Positions 10,847 to 21,091 of a stretch of 64,000 nucleotides of DNA are shown in pieces; positions within the stretch are counted from its first letter, which is position 1; the number at the start of each line of letters is the position of its first letter. A program made the translations under genes and the position numbers. Location of the stretch: positions 32,001 to 96,000 of IMG/VR virus record IMGVR_UViG_3300022752_002834; one strand, 5' to 3'. The notes beneath the pieces are model-generated. The model was not told the DNA's origin. It saw only the letters and a program-made list of their open reading frames with translations, and searched no databases. This stretch comes from a virus.

Positions 10847-11484
10847 AGTTTCGACCAATAATGACCAAGTTTCATTGGAACCTTTGTTGTTACGCTCGTT
10901 CCCTCGTAATGAAAGTTATCTTCAAATATTATTCTAAAGTCAACGCTAACCCTGCTTAATCCTGTTTCATTTTGCTTATTACCATGATAAAGATTAGCAC
11001 CATTCCATATGTAAAACTCACCAATCTCTGCGTTCATAGGTGAGTAATCACCCTTGTCTTCTTCACTTTCGGCCCATATGGTGTTTGAATCGAACGCTCT
11101 CGTTAACGGTAGGAATATATTGATTTCATTAGTAGAATGATTGTATGCTTTATCTTTATGCCATTTTGCAACAGCTATATTATTTGGCGCTTGAACTCTA
11201 AATGTTGGTTTAGTTTGGTATATAATATCTGATTCCGAAAAATAATTATTTGCTATATGAGCAACAAATTGTTTATATACCTCTAAAAACTCTGACGGTT
11301 CTTCCTCGTATACTTTATAGAAAATTTTATGAAATGTTGTTTGCTGGTCTTGACTTGGATCTGTGGGCATTTCTAGCTGCTTATCTAATATAGTATGAAC
11401 CAGTGATAAATCTTCTATATTAAATGCTCTTTTTACTATACTAACAAAATCAAATTGCTGTATATTGTATGAATACTTATTCAT
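10843..11484 (-). CDS. Fe(II)/2-oxoglutarate dioxygenase, StrG-like
   Basis: QTKPTFRV, WHKD (HxD), INIFLPLT, distal LYHGN and SRVSVDFR give the facial triad plus the 2OG-binding Arg. Confidence 0.8.
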   Translation of the reverse strand: MNKYSYNIQQFDFVSIVKRAFNIEDLSLVHTILDKQLEMPTDPSQDQQTTFHKIFYKVYEEEPSEFLEVYKQFVAHIANNYFSESDIIYQTKPTFRVQAPNNIAVAKWHKDKAYNHSTNEINIFLPLTRAFDSNTIWAESEEDKGDYSPMNAEIGEFYIWNGANLYHGNKQNETGLSRVSVDFRIIFEDNFHYEGTSVTTKVPMKLGHYWSKL

Positions 11485-12164
11485 TTTTTCTCCAATAAAC
11501 TCATCGCTGCTTTGTTAAAGTTTCCATGAAAACCAAAGGATTTATATGTATTTATATCAAATCTATTATATTGCTTTAATGGTGATGGATGTTCTACAGC
11601 AAACTGAAACGCTAAAGACAAATCTGCGAACTTTACACCCATAGCAATCATCTCTTTATACGAATAACAGCAAGCAAACCAATCCTCTGGTGTTACAAGA
11701 TCACCAGCTGGTATGTGTGGTTGAAATTGTATCCTACTATTATACTCCAGTGTCTTAGCCGAACACAAAAATTTTTTACTTCTTAACGAGAATCCACCAT
11801 TACCAACATTATTTACTACTTCGAATATCCAAGGCGCACCGATATAGTCATATTCTAAAAATTCATTTAACCATAAATCATGATCAATTACAAATCCATC
11901 GCCTTGAAATGTTAAACAATATTCTGTATCTATGTATTGTGGAAGCTGATATAAGCAAAACTTACAGTATCCTTCTTGATCTAGCTGTGGTATTTTAATT
12001 ACTTCAATATCGTGCAAGTTCATATCAATATTGGATAAAATTTTTACTTTGCCAAAGTCAATATTCTTCATGCAATATCTTGCTGCTTGTATGATTCCAA
12101 CAAGAAATTTTGCATTTCCACAAACTGAAACCAACGTTACGTCTGGTAAACTTAGTTTCCCCAT
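11481..12164 (-). CDS. DUF5672-like putative glycosyltransferase
   Basis: FQGDG, FLEYDYIGAPW, VGNGGFSLRS and PEDWF motifs. Confidence 0.75.
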   Translation of the reverse strand: MGKLSLPDVTLVSVCGNAKFLVGIIQAARYCMKNIDFGKVKILSNIDMNLHDIEVIKIPQLDQEGYCKFCLYQLPQYIDTEYCLTFQGDGFVIDHDLWLNEFLEYDYIGAPWIFEVVNNVGNGGFSLRSKKFLCSAKTLEYNSRIQFQPHIPAGDLVTPEDWFACCYSYKEMIAMGVKFADLSLAFQFAVEHPSPLKQYNRFDINTYKSFGFHGNFNKAAMSLLEKK

Positions 12165-12871
12165 ACACACTCCATTTTAGAAAAAACATTGTCTCCAATA
12201 TAATAAAATCTTTCAAATCCCGCTGATTTGAGATATGGATTGAGTGTTGATCCTATATCTAAATATGTATTGTTTGGTTCATACTCAGTTAGCTCATGAC
12301 ATAGAATATTACCAAAAGGTCCACAACAAAATAAGAAAATCATATTCCTTAAATCACAGGTTTTTATTAGCCATTTTGCTTCTTCTATAGTTGACCAATT
12401 ATATTGCCAAGCGTTATTAGAAACACGTATTGTTGCGAATGGCTTGAACGGAAGGTTTTCTACTTGACCATTTTCATTACAGAATAACACAACATTACGT
12501 TCTGAAAATAATGGCAATATATTTTTCACATAATACTTGTAATTACCGTTTACCCATAAATTTGCCCATGTTAATTTATTATCTTCTTGCTCGCTGAATT
12601 CCTTCATTGCTTTAAAAGTTTCCATTCCCTGACAGCATGGACACGATATACCAACATAATATCTGTCGTTTTTATACTTGAAAGACTCTATCAATTTATT
12701 TCTTTTGATTGCATCTAGTTCATTTTCTGGGTCAAACCAAAACTCTTTGTTGTCTATTTTGTGATTTTGCATGACGGCCCACTCGCCATCTGCATACTTT
12801 GAAAAACTAAAGTGGTCGTTTCTTTCTATTTTATCTTTGAAGATCTTGATATCTTTTTTGAAAGTTTTCAT
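12152..12871 (-). CDS. GT-D-fold (DUF1792)-like glycosyltransferase
   Basis: FSFSKYADGE, CCGPFGNILCHEL and YLDIGS resemble the R.GDGE / G....L...L / DIG motifs. Confidence 0.55.
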   Translation of the reverse strand: MKTFKKDIKIFKDKIERNDHFSFSKYADGEWAVMQNHKIDNKEFWFDPENELDAIKRNKLIESFKYKNDRYYVGISCPCCQGMETFKAMKEFSEQEDNKLTWANLWVNGNYKYYVKNILPLFSERNVVLFCNENGQVENLPFKPFATIRVSNNAWQYNWSTIEEAKWLIKTCDLRNMIFLFCCGPFGNILCHELTEYEPNNTYLDIGSTLNPYLKSAGFERFYYIGDNVFSKMECVWGN

Positions 12872-13857
12872 AGTATCGACTCCAAAATTTTTAATATTTT
12901 ATCGCTTGACGTTCCATCGCCATATGGACAAGCATAATCGACAAGTTCAATTTTTGTTTTATTAAATATGTCTTTTAGATGATCCGGTGAATAACACAAT
13001 TGTGAGAAAATATGCTCACCCTCTGTCCTTTCTGTTGTCTGTCTACAAACTATGCAATGTTTTTTTAAAAACGCGGACTCTTCTTGTATTCCACCACTAT
13101 CCGTTATCACCATAGAACATCTAGCCAAATAATCGACGCACTCTTCATGCGACAATGGATGTACTACTTTCACAATGTTAAAGATATTTCTATATTTTTG
13201 GATTTCTGGATTTGGATGCATAGGGAAAATAAAGTCAAGATGCCTATTCTCTTGTGCTAATTGCTCTATAGCATTGAACCACGATGAAATGTTATCTATA
13301 TTTTCTCTTCTATGCAATGTTACAAGAACAAAATTTTCTAGCGTTGGAACTTTGCTAACTAAAGAATCTAAAACTGTATTACCAACAACATATTTCTCAC
13401 CATCGTTCATTCTTATATTATGCTTATTTTCTTCTGTTGGACATAGATGAATAGATGTTAGGTTGCTTATAGCACATCTATTGAATTCTTCTGGATACGG
13501 ATTATCTATATCCCACGATCTTAAGCCAGCTTCTAAATGTATTACTGGTATTTTTCTATGAAATGAAGCTAAAGCAATAGCAAATGCTGATGTTGTGTCG
13601 CCCTGTACCATTGTATACTTAATATCTTTGAAGATATCTTCACAATGTTCTAGTATAGAAATTATGATAGAATCTAATCTATTTTTGCCATTATTTATAG
13701 ACATGAACTGTACTGGATAATCATTTATAGATTTATCTAACAAATTACTATGTTGACCCGTACACACCAATCTATATGGAATTTTTCCGTCTATCTTATC
13801 AAGAATCGGTTTTATTTTTATCCATTCTGGACGAGTTCCAAATGTTATTAATAGCAT
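12868..13857 (-). CDS. wecB: Non-hydrolysing UDP-N-acetylglucosamine 2-epimerase
   Basis: FGTRPE, TGQH, VQGDT, HLEAGLRS, PEEFNR, VGNT, TLHRREN, HPNP, TDSGGIQEE and TER motifs. Confidence 0.95.
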   Translation of the reverse strand: MLLITFGTRPEWIKIKPILDKIDGKIPYRLVCTGQHSNLLDKSINDYPVQFMSINNGKNRLDSIIISILEHCEDIFKDIKYTMVQGDTTSAFAIALASFHRKIPVIHLEAGLRSWDIDNPYPEEFNRCAISNLTSIHLCPTEENKHNIRMNDGEKYVVGNTVLDSLVSKVPTLENFVLVTLHRRENIDNISSWFNAIEQLAQENRHLDFIFPMHPNPEIQKYRNIFNIVKVVHPLSHEECVDYLARCSMVITDSGGIQEESAFLKKHCIVCRQTTERTEGEHIFSQLCYSPDHLKDIFNKTKIELVDYACPYGDGTSSDKILKILESIL

Positions 13858-14597
13858 TATTGATCTTTCACCAATTTATAACCTTGTGATAAAATATGAT
13901 TCCAATATGCATTTGCTTGAATAAACCCATCTCTTGTTCTTGATGTCGCCGCCATGTCCTCACCATACTTAGAAGGATTTATAGATCCCCACATTTCTTT
14001 ATCGTCTTTTGGCTGTGGTGGAACATATGTTTTAAGTCCAAAATGTTTCTGTATAGCAAATGAAAAATGCATATCTTCTCCACCAAATGGAGGTATTTGA
14101 TATGGCATTTCTGCCCAATATGCTCTAAGCCATTCTTTTTCAAAAAACCAACAATGCCCCATAATATCGACTTGTTCAATATTCTCATTTCCACAAATAC
14201 TTTCATATTTACACGCCGGATATTGGCTATAATCGTCGCCAATCATTCTTACGCCACGACAACCAAGTAAGCCTCTGTGCGTTTGCATTGTATTTAAACA
14301 GTTTTCTATCCATTTGCTACCAAAAATAGTATCATCATCTACTATGCATACATACTTACTGTTGGCATTTAGAGCATAAGCAAATCTAGCCCATACGCCT
14401 AGATTTATATTAGAAAATGCACACGGAACACTATGAATAAAGTCGGTTGGGTAATTTTCTCGTCTAGATCCTTCATCAAAGTTAAACCAGCACATTATAG
14501 AAATATCTTTTATTGTTTGATTTTTGATAGCATCGTACTGCTCACTAATTGTGTGCGGCCTTTTGTATGAATTCATTACTACTGTGACTAAACTCAT
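13857..14597 (-). CDS. GT-A fold glycosyltransferase (GT2-like)
   Basis: VTVVMNSYKRP at the N-terminus, a CIVDDD DxD motif and GGEDMHFS. Confidence 0.8.
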   Translation of the reverse strand: MSLVTVVMNSYKRPHTISEQYDAIKNQTIKDISIMCWFNFDEGSRRENYPTDFIHSVPCAFSNINLGVWARFAYALNANSKYVCIVDDDTIFGSKWIENCLNTMQTHRGLLGCRGVRMIGDDYSQYPACKYESICGNENIEQVDIMGHCWFFEKEWLRAYWAEMPYQIPPFGGEDMHFSFAIQKHFGLKTYVPPQPKDDKEMWGSINPSKYGEDMAATSRTRDGFIQANAYWNHILSQGYKLVKDQ

Positions 14598-15448
14598 TTT
14601 AGTTGTTCCTCTATAATTGCTTGTAGTTTATCAGTATAAACTTTGCATGGTAGTTGAGATAATAAAGATTTTGCTCTGTGTAGACAGGTATGTTTTTGCT
14701 TTATTCTTTGAGAAACACATCCAGTATCTTGATCTACACATAGACCAGATTCACCAAACAATTTCTGTAGATGAATGTCTAGGACAGATCTATCCTCTAT
14801 ATCATAGTAGACAGTCCTGCCATAGTACGCTGCATCAAAAAACGCTTGTGGTAATATGTTATTAAAGTACTTAAAAATGATTCTATTGTAGCTTGGGTAA
14901 AACTGAGTCAACTTGTGGTTTGGCATAACAATATCAGCAATATCTTCCATCTTCTGAGAATTGGATAAATAGTGATATGTTTCTCCAATCGGTTTAAGAT
15001 TTTCTGACTTGTCTACAAAGATTCCACAGTCTATATCAAACATCTTGTTGATATTGCCAAACAGCACATCAGCACCGTGCAATACAACATTGATATTTGT
15101 TTTAGAAGCTTTTAGCTGATGATCGTAGTTGTTTACAAAGAAAAATAATGGCTTTATACCATTCTCATATAGGGTGGACTCTAGTTGATTTAGGCTATCT
15201 TGCTTAAGATTAGTTACATTCACAATAATATCAATATCTTTGCATTCCTTTAAATAAGCTACAACGTCTTTTGATATTTTTGAGAAATGCGTGATAAATA
15301 AATTTGGTTGTGTAATATCAAAGGTGTCAAACATACTCATATTTGGTGGACACAAAACAGATGTACATCCGATAGAATTGAATATGGTATTTAGATATAG
15401 AGGTTCTGTTGTATGTTCAGATGAATAGTCAGATATCAAAATTTTCAT
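14594..15448 (-). CDS. Hypothetical protein, possibly a degenerate GT-B (CgeB-like) fold
   Basis: MKILISD start and a C-terminal KHTCLHRAKSLL resembling the HT...R end of CgeB-type GTs. No clear catalytic motif. Confidence 0.45.
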   Translation of the reverse strand: MKILISDYSSEHTTEPLYLNTIFNSIGCTSVLCPPNMSMFDTFDITQPNLFITHFSKISKDVVAYLKECKDIDIIVNVTNLKQDSLNQLESTLYENGIKPLFFFVNNYDHQLKASKTNINVVLHGADVLFGNINKMFDIDCGIFVDKSENLKPIGETYHYLSNSQKMEDIADIVMPNHKLTQFYPSYNRIIFKYFNNILPQAFFDAAYYGRTVYYDIEDRSVLDIHLQKLFGESGLCVDQDTGCVSQRIKQKHTCLHRAKSLLSQLPCKVYTDKLQAIIEEQLK

Positions 15449-16197
15449 ACATTGTTCCCCTTAATAGAATGATACATCTTTATGTTGTTTATTTTTATCA
15501 CTTTGTTCTTATTCAACATTGATTTGACTTCGTATTTCATTTTTATTAACTCGTTGATTGACTCAAATACGAACCGTGTTTTACTGTCATATTTTGTAAC
15601 TATTTTTCTCAATGATTCTATGATTTCTAAACCATTTAGAAAGAATATTTCTGACCAAGTATTATTCGCCCCATACGACAAATGCTGTACAATTTTTTTT
15701 TCATCTATATTTAGTCCAATCTCTAGGTTTTCACATGGATCTTCTTCTATTAGAACGCATGAACAATCTGTGTCTATGTTTCTCAGGCATTCTTCGTTTA
15801 AAATTAAATTCCCATCACATACAACCACTTTGTTATTAGTGGTGTTATTTAATGATAATCGTAAACTTTCACAAGAGTTGGATACATTATGTAATTGATT
15901 CTCAACTATTCTTATTCTTTTGTCGCCATGTTCTGATCTAATATATTTACATATTTTCTCAGCATCAAATCCCACACACAATATTATCTCAAAGTTTTCA
16001 AATACATTTTGAATACATTGAATCTGTAGATCTATTAACTTTACGTCATTTATTGCGACCAAAGAAACTGGACCGTAGGACTTCATTCTATACCCAGAGC
16101 TATCGCATAGCAAAATTACAGTAATAAGATCTGGGGTGGTCTTTTCTTTTTTATCTTTTACCTTCTTTTTAGCTGATACTATGCATTTTGTTTTCAT
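15445..16197 (-). CDS. Nucleotidyltransferase-like protein (LicC/NTP_transferase fold) with a degenerate motif
   Basis: VILLCDSSGYRMKSYGPVSL aligns to ILAAGxGxRM...PKxL, followed by CVGFDAEKI and VCDGN. The G-rich loop and the PK lysine are altered. Confidence 0.65.
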   Translation of the reverse strand: MKTKCIVSAKKKVKDKKEKTTPDLITVILLCDSSGYRMKSYGPVSLVAINDVKLIDLQIQCIQNVFENFEIILCVGFDAEKICKYIRSEHGDKRIRIVENQLHNVSNSCESLRLSLNNTTNNKVVVCDGNLILNEECLRNIDTDCSCVLIEEDPCENLEIGLNIDEKKIVQHLSYGANNTWSEIFFLNGLEIIESLRKIVTKYDSKTRFVFESINELIKMKYEVKSMLNKNKVIKINNIKMYHSIKGNNV

Positions 16198-16198
16198 A

Positions 16199-16936
16199 TC
16201 AAATTTCTATATATAACTTGTGTTCCTTGGATTCTTTGATAATTGTATTGACATTAGCATTATAATCATTTGTGGTGACCTTCATATTTTGAAGCTTATA
16301 AGCAACATTACTTATGCACAAATGGTTTCCATGAGATATTACTAAGAACTTACCCAAATCATCATTAACAAAGCTATTTATTTTTAACAGAATATTTTTA
16401 GATATCTCGCTCGCATCTTTCACAATCATGTGACATAGATTCTTTGTTTTTAGAACATAGTCATTTAAAAATTCATCCATATCTTGATAAACAGATATAC
16501 CGATCTGCGCTTTACACGATCTAGCTATATATTCAACGTGGCTCTTAACGGCTTCTTTTTTATCATATTTATGTGCTAGTATTATGTTAACCTTGTTTTT
16601 AAAGTACAAATACGTAGCTAAAAAGTCTAAGACGCTATCTCTATTCTGTTCAGATAAATCATTACAATCAACTATTAAATCAAATGATATTGAGGATTGG
16701 GCCACTACCTTGTTCTTGTCATCTGCCGTATATCCCTTTTCCTTATCTCTATAGTAGCAACACAGGGTATCGATGACATAAAATTCTTTATTCTCATCAT
16801 AAGCTGGTATAGCCTTTTCTCCAAATTTTGCTACTCTATCAAACTCGCACGATACCTGAGTATTGTTATCATAGATTGCAAAAGCACAATCCTTACAGTT
16901 AGTTTTGATTGATAATTCTTGTTGCTGAGATTTCAT
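16199..16936 (-). CDS. Hypothetical protein with a Cys-rich N-terminus (CKDC...C...CC) and a possible degenerate GT-A domain
   Basis: ORF embedded in the GT cluster and coupled to its neighbours. Confidence 0.45.
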   Translation of the reverse strand: MKSQQQELSIKTNCKDCAFAIYDNNTQVSCEFDRVAKFGEKAIPAYDENKEFYVIDTLCCYYRDKEKGYTADDKNKVVAQSSISFDLIVDCNDLSEQNRDSVLDFLATYLYFKNKVNIILAHKYDKKEAVKSHVEYIARSCKAQIGISVYQDMDEFLNDYVLKTKNLCHMIVKDASEISKNILLKINSFVNDDLGKFLVISHGNHLCISNVAYKLQNMKVTTNDYNANVNTIIKESKEHKLYIEI

Positions 16937-17327
16937 AATTATTTCCTCTAAAAGTAACGGAATTTATTGTTAGGTTTTGTGACTGTATTAAATCACAAAT
17001 GTACCGTGAAGAATATACTCCCAGCTTTCCTGTAATACTCTTATTATAGTCTTCTATATCTATTTTACCGCTAATAAGGTCTTTACTTAAGGCGTATGCA
17101 TCCAATCCGCCAAGATGAATTACTGCATTGATCCTCATTTTACTTGCCATGCCACGAATAAAATCTGCTATATTTTCTTGCTTTATGCTATCTAAAGCAT
17201 CTATCGCTACTATAACTGACGCTCCATTGTTTGGAACGCTGCCCAAGTCTACAGAACCATAAACTATCGGAATAGTATTAAAGCCCTCTATAATCTTATC
17301 TAAATGTTCTGATATGTAAACTTTCAT
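16899..17327 (-). CDS. Truncated or degenerate class I SAM-methyltransferase-like protein
   Basis: DLGSVPNNGASVIVAIDALDSI...MASKMRINAVIHLGGLD parallels the MTase motif IV-VI pattern. Motif I is not recognisable. Confidence 0.4.
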   Translation of the reverse strand: MKVYISEHLDKIIEGFNTIPIVYGSVDLGSVPNNGASVIVAIDALDSIKQENIADFIRGMASKMRINAVIHLGGLDAYALSKDLISGKIDIEDYNKSITGKLGVYSSRYICDLIQSQNLTINSVTFRGNNYEISATRIINQN

Positions 17328-18322
17328 AATTTTGATATCCCATATGTTTTGTGGAATATATTATTCCACTTATTAGTAAAAGCCTGTTCTGGAAATTTTG
17401 TTTCTATTGTTTTTCTAGCATTATTTCCAATTTGTTCCCTTAATTCAGAGTTTGATAATAAAGTAGTCAAGTATTCCTTGAGTTTATTTTCGTCATTGGA
17501 TATAAAACCATTGACCCCGTTTTGTATAATTTCTGGTATCATACATGTTGCCGTAGACACTACAGCGCACCCACAACTCATGGCTTCTAATAAAGAAGTT
17601 GGAATGGGGCTTAGTGTGGAACTATTAAAGTATACAGCACAGGTATTATATTCTAATACTAGCTCCTCTGTAGAAGATGCTGGCTTAGATAAACCCTTTG
17701 TATCTCCCACTAGTCTTGTCTTTAATCCGTCTGTTACACGCTTCCAGCCATTATAATTTAAGCAATAATCTCTATTAACAAAATCATTAGCGACCGTGAG
17801 TATATGATCTTCTTTTGTAAGGTTTAAGTTTGTGAATTGATTAGTGTCTATACCGTGATGAATGATAGCAGTATTGTTATCAATTCCCCAAGACAAAGCA
17901 GAATACTCAGATATAAACACATTCACATCGCCAACCATTGACTGCATTTGTGATAATTGCTGTCTAGAAATAGTCTGAGGCGTTGGAATAGTATGCTCTA
18001 GTGATATTATGGGAACATTTATAATTTGCTGTATTTGTTTGGCTACTTGGAATTGCCAAAACTTACTCTGTGATAATATAAAATCATAACCAATATATGG
18101 ACATACGTCGCTTTCTGGCAATGTATGATAATTTTCTGGAATGCCTACTTGAGAAGTATTCCACTTCTTTGAATCTGGTAAATGAAATGAATAGAAGTTA
18201 TGGCCGGTCTTGCAAAGCTGTGTCTCATATCTTTCATGTGTAGGAAAGGTTAAAATATTGTATTTTTCTGGAGCTTCTTTGTTGCAAGCGTCGATTATAC
18301 TTTTTGATGAGAACTTAACCAT
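17324..18322 (-). CDS. Glycosyltransferase, GT4 family (GT-B)
   Basis: IIHHGIDT and PIPTSLLEAMSCGCAVVST...IPEIIQNGVNG. Confidence 0.9.
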   Translation of the reverse strand: MVKFSSKSIIDACNKEAPEKYNILTFPTHERYETQLCKTGHNFYSFHLPDSKKWNTSQVGIPENYHTLPESDVCPYIGYDFILSQSKFWQFQVAKQIQQIINVPIISLEHTIPTPQTISRQQLSQMQSMVGDVNVFISEYSALSWGIDNNTAIIHHGIDTNQFTNLNLTKEDHILTVANDFVNRDYCLNYNGWKRVTDGLKTRLVGDTKGLSKPASSTEELVLEYNTCAVYFNSSTLSPIPTSLLEAMSCGCAVVSTATCMIPEIIQNGVNGFISNDENKLKEYLTTLLSNSELREQIGNNARKTIETKFPEQAFTNKWNNIFHKTYGISKL

Positions 18323-19433
18323 TTAATTCTTCCTTTATAAGTTGTCCAACTTTTTGATAAGAGAATTGTTCGCCCCTCTTTAAGCCATCTTTATTTTTTG
18401 ATTTCCTGTTTTCGTAATAAAATCTCATCGCTTTTTTAATTTCAAGCTCATTCGGAATGAACCAATTATCATGTCCAGTAAATAGATCTTGGAAAGCTGG
18501 ATTTCTGTGATTACAAATGCCCTTTATTCCATCGATCAACCATCCAGTATTTTTGTTATTTGGATCTATAAACTCTTTTGGACCACCTTCATTGCTACAA
18601 ATAGGGGTATTGCCAAAGCACATAGCGTCAAAAGCCGGAATAGACCAGCCCTCTCCGTGCGTAGGACCAACGTAACAATCACAAGACAAATGCAGTATGT
18701 TCATTTGTTCATCAGTAAAGTCCTCTGTGATGAGTATCTCTGTGTTGTAACCGTCTAAATTTTTGTGTAATCTCAATTCATTTTTTACTCTGTCACAAAT
18801 TTTCCCCATTTCAGACCTTAAAAGGTCTTTGTCAACGCCATTCTTTTTTATCTTCAAAACTAAAAGAACAGGCTCATTAGAATTAAATTCTGAATGAAAA
18901 CATCTAATGATCGATTCAATATTCTTCCTGTCATCGATTTCACAAACAAAATAAAATTTGAATGTGTGATTTTTCCCATGAAAACTAAGCCTATTTTTAG
19001 TATCTATATACTTGGTTAAATCAAAAGCGTGTGGTATCACTCTTATAGACTTCTTATCAAATCCATCATTAATGAGATTATTTTTTGAATCTTGATTTGG
19101 AACCCATATCTCATCTAATAAAGATAGACTATTGCTCCAATTATGGAGTCCTACAGAATCTGTTTCCGATACAAAATATCCAATATTTTTCTTAAATTTT
19201 TGAGTCCCTACCATATGATGAGGTAAAATGTGTTGGATACAATAATCGATATCTTGTAAATTTTTCTTCTCTAATTCTAATATGTCTTTTGTTAGTTCTG
19301 GTTGTACCTCTGTTAACTTTATGTCTCTACAAACAACATCTATATCTGTAGTTTGTATAGCCTTAATTAATCCGACAGCCGCTCTTGACCATCCGCTATT
19401 TTCTTTATAGTGTCCTATGTACAAAAGTTTCAT
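18315..19433 (-). CDS. Glycosyltransferase, GT4 family (GT-B)
   Basis: DEIWVPN, RKNIE and HGEGWSIPAFDAMCFG. Confidence 0.9.
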   Translation of the reverse strand: MKLLYIGHYKENSGWSRAAVGLIKAIQTTDIDVVCRDIKLTEVQPELTKDILELEKKNLQDIDYCIQHILPHHMVGTQKFKKNIGYFVSETDSVGLHNWSNSLSLLDEIWVPNQDSKNNLINDGFDKKSIRVIPHAFDLTKYIDTKNRLSFHGKNHTFKFYFVCEIDDRKNIESIIRCFHSEFNSNEPVLLVLKIKKNGVDKDLLRSEMGKICDRVKNELRLHKNLDGYNTEILITEDFTDEQMNILHLSCDCYVGPTHGEGWSIPAFDAMCFGNTPICSNEGGPKEFIDPNNKNTGWLIDGIKGICNHRNPAFQDLFTGHDNWFIPNELEIKKAMRFYYENRKSKNKDGLKRGEQFSYQKVGQLIKEELNG

Positions 19434-21088
19434 TTTATATCAAAAGCCTCCGCTCTTTTTTGTTCCCAAAAGTTTCTTCTATTACATAGAGCCAACATAG
19501 AATTATACGCCGCGTTAAAATCGAATGGATTTCGTGCCATTTGTCCATCAAACGCTGCTGAACTTTCATTAAAATACATGCCACCAGTAACCGATGTGGT
19601 AGTTTTATACATCAAGTCTCTTATTAGTCTTGCTTCAAGATAAGAATTTAATCTTTCTGGTTCGCACAATACATTGGTGATTAACCACTTGGCTAACTTA
19701 TCGTGTTCTATGTTTGGTGGTAAATTATCTGGTTTTTGTTCTGGTCTTCGTATTCTTGGTGGAGATTTCCAAGTAAATTCTTCTGGCACAATCTCTACGC
19801 TATCAAAATAATCTTCCCAAGCCTTACCGCTTTTATTCCACTGGTAGTGCTTTTCAAAAGCTTCTCTTGTGGTTCTACCATAAGCTTGTCTTTCTTCTTC
19901 AGATAACTTAAAGAAATTTACCATTAAATCAGAAGCAAGGTCATTGTCTGGAACTGCTCTTAAACAGCCCGTTTCTAATTCTTTGTACAAAGCTTTTGGC
20001 TTAACTGGAATTCCTCCAAGGTTTCTAACAACGCTTTCCATTGCGGAATAATCGGTTGCCATTACAGGCACACCACACGCTGCTGCTTCGACTTGTGGTA
20101 ATCCAAACCCTTCACAGTTTGCATATTGAACATAAAGATCAAACATATTCATGATCTTAGAAAGATCTTCATATTCTGCACCATTCTTTACGTTTGATAG
20201 TGTAGCACCATATTTATTTGTATATGGAGACTGCGTGACTGCCCCTCTAAATAAGGATACGAATGGCTTACCGGTCTGTCCACAAATATATGTAAAATAT
20301 ACCTTAGATGACAACCCGTGTTGTTGTAATAATTCTGGTATATCCCAACCCAAATCGGGATAACTTGTATGGCAATATAAGAAATACTTGTGTGGGTTAT
20401 CTACTTTGGATAGAAGCAACTTGAATGCTTCAAATAAATCTGGGTATAATTTTCTTCTTTGATTTCTCATGACTGTTCCTACTATGAAACAATCTTCATC
20501 TAAACCCATAGATACTCTTAGTTCTTTTTTGTTTTGTGGTTTATAAGCCGCATGTGCTGACGGTGGAGATATTCCCAAATAATTTATTTTGCCGCCAGAC
20601 TGAGACTGAAGAACATCACCCGCCCATTCAGAATATGTAAGACAAGCATCTGCTGATTGATAAGTTGCTACCCACTGTCTAGCCTGTGGTCTAGCATCTA
20701 CCGTTGGCATAATGCACCACTTATAGAATGGCCTAAATGGAGAACGTTCTTCAAAGTCCAACATCCAAAAGTCTCTGATATCGCAAACAACATCTGGTTT
20801 AAAATCTAAGCACACAGGCTCAAACATTAGTTCACCAAATGCAGCAATGGGATGTGATTGATACTGCTTCTTTTCTTCTTCCGAAGATTGCTGATTAGGA
20901 ACAACGCCATAAAACTTCCAAGGAATATTTTCTGCTCTTGGATCGTTTTTTTCGCCATAACAAGCTAATTCAGCCAACTCATATTTACCAGTACTGTATA
21001 AATAATTGAGTATTTCTCTAGTATAGGTTGCGTAGCCAGTATTTAAAAATGTGGCTTCGCTACAGAACAGTATTCTTTTTTTTCTCAT
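19430..21088 (-). CDS. Glycosyltransferase, GT4 family (GT-B), with a C-terminal extension
   Basis: TGYATY, VMRNQRRK and CEGFGLPQVEAAACGVPV (EX7E motif). Confidence 0.9.
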   Translation of the reverse strand: MRKKRILFCSEATFLNTGYATYTREILNYLYSTGKYELAELACYGEKNDPRAENIPWKFYGVVPNQQSSEEEKKQYQSHPIAAFGELMFEPVCLDFKPDVVCDIRDFWMLDFEERSPFRPFYKWCIMPTVDARPQARQWVATYQSADACLTYSEWAGDVLQSQSGGKINYLGISPPSAHAAYKPQNKKELRVSMGLDEDCFIVGTVMRNQRRKLYPDLFEAFKLLLSKVDNPHKYFLYCHTSYPDLGWDIPELLQQHGLSSKVYFTYICGQTGKPFVSLFRGAVTQSPYTNKYGATLSNVKNGAEYEDLSKIMNMFDLYVQYANCEGFGLPQVEAAACGVPVMATDYSAMESVVRNLGGIPVKPKALYKELETGCLRAVPDNDLASDLMVNFFKLSEEERQAYGRTTREAFEKHYQWNKSGKAWEDYFDSVEIVPEEFTWKSPPRIRRPEQKPDNLPPNIEHDKLAKWLITNVLCEPERLNSYLEARLIRDLMYKTTTSVTGGMYFNESSAAFDGQMARNPFDFNAAYNSMLALCNRRNFWEQKRAEAFDIK

Positions 21089-21091
21089 TTT

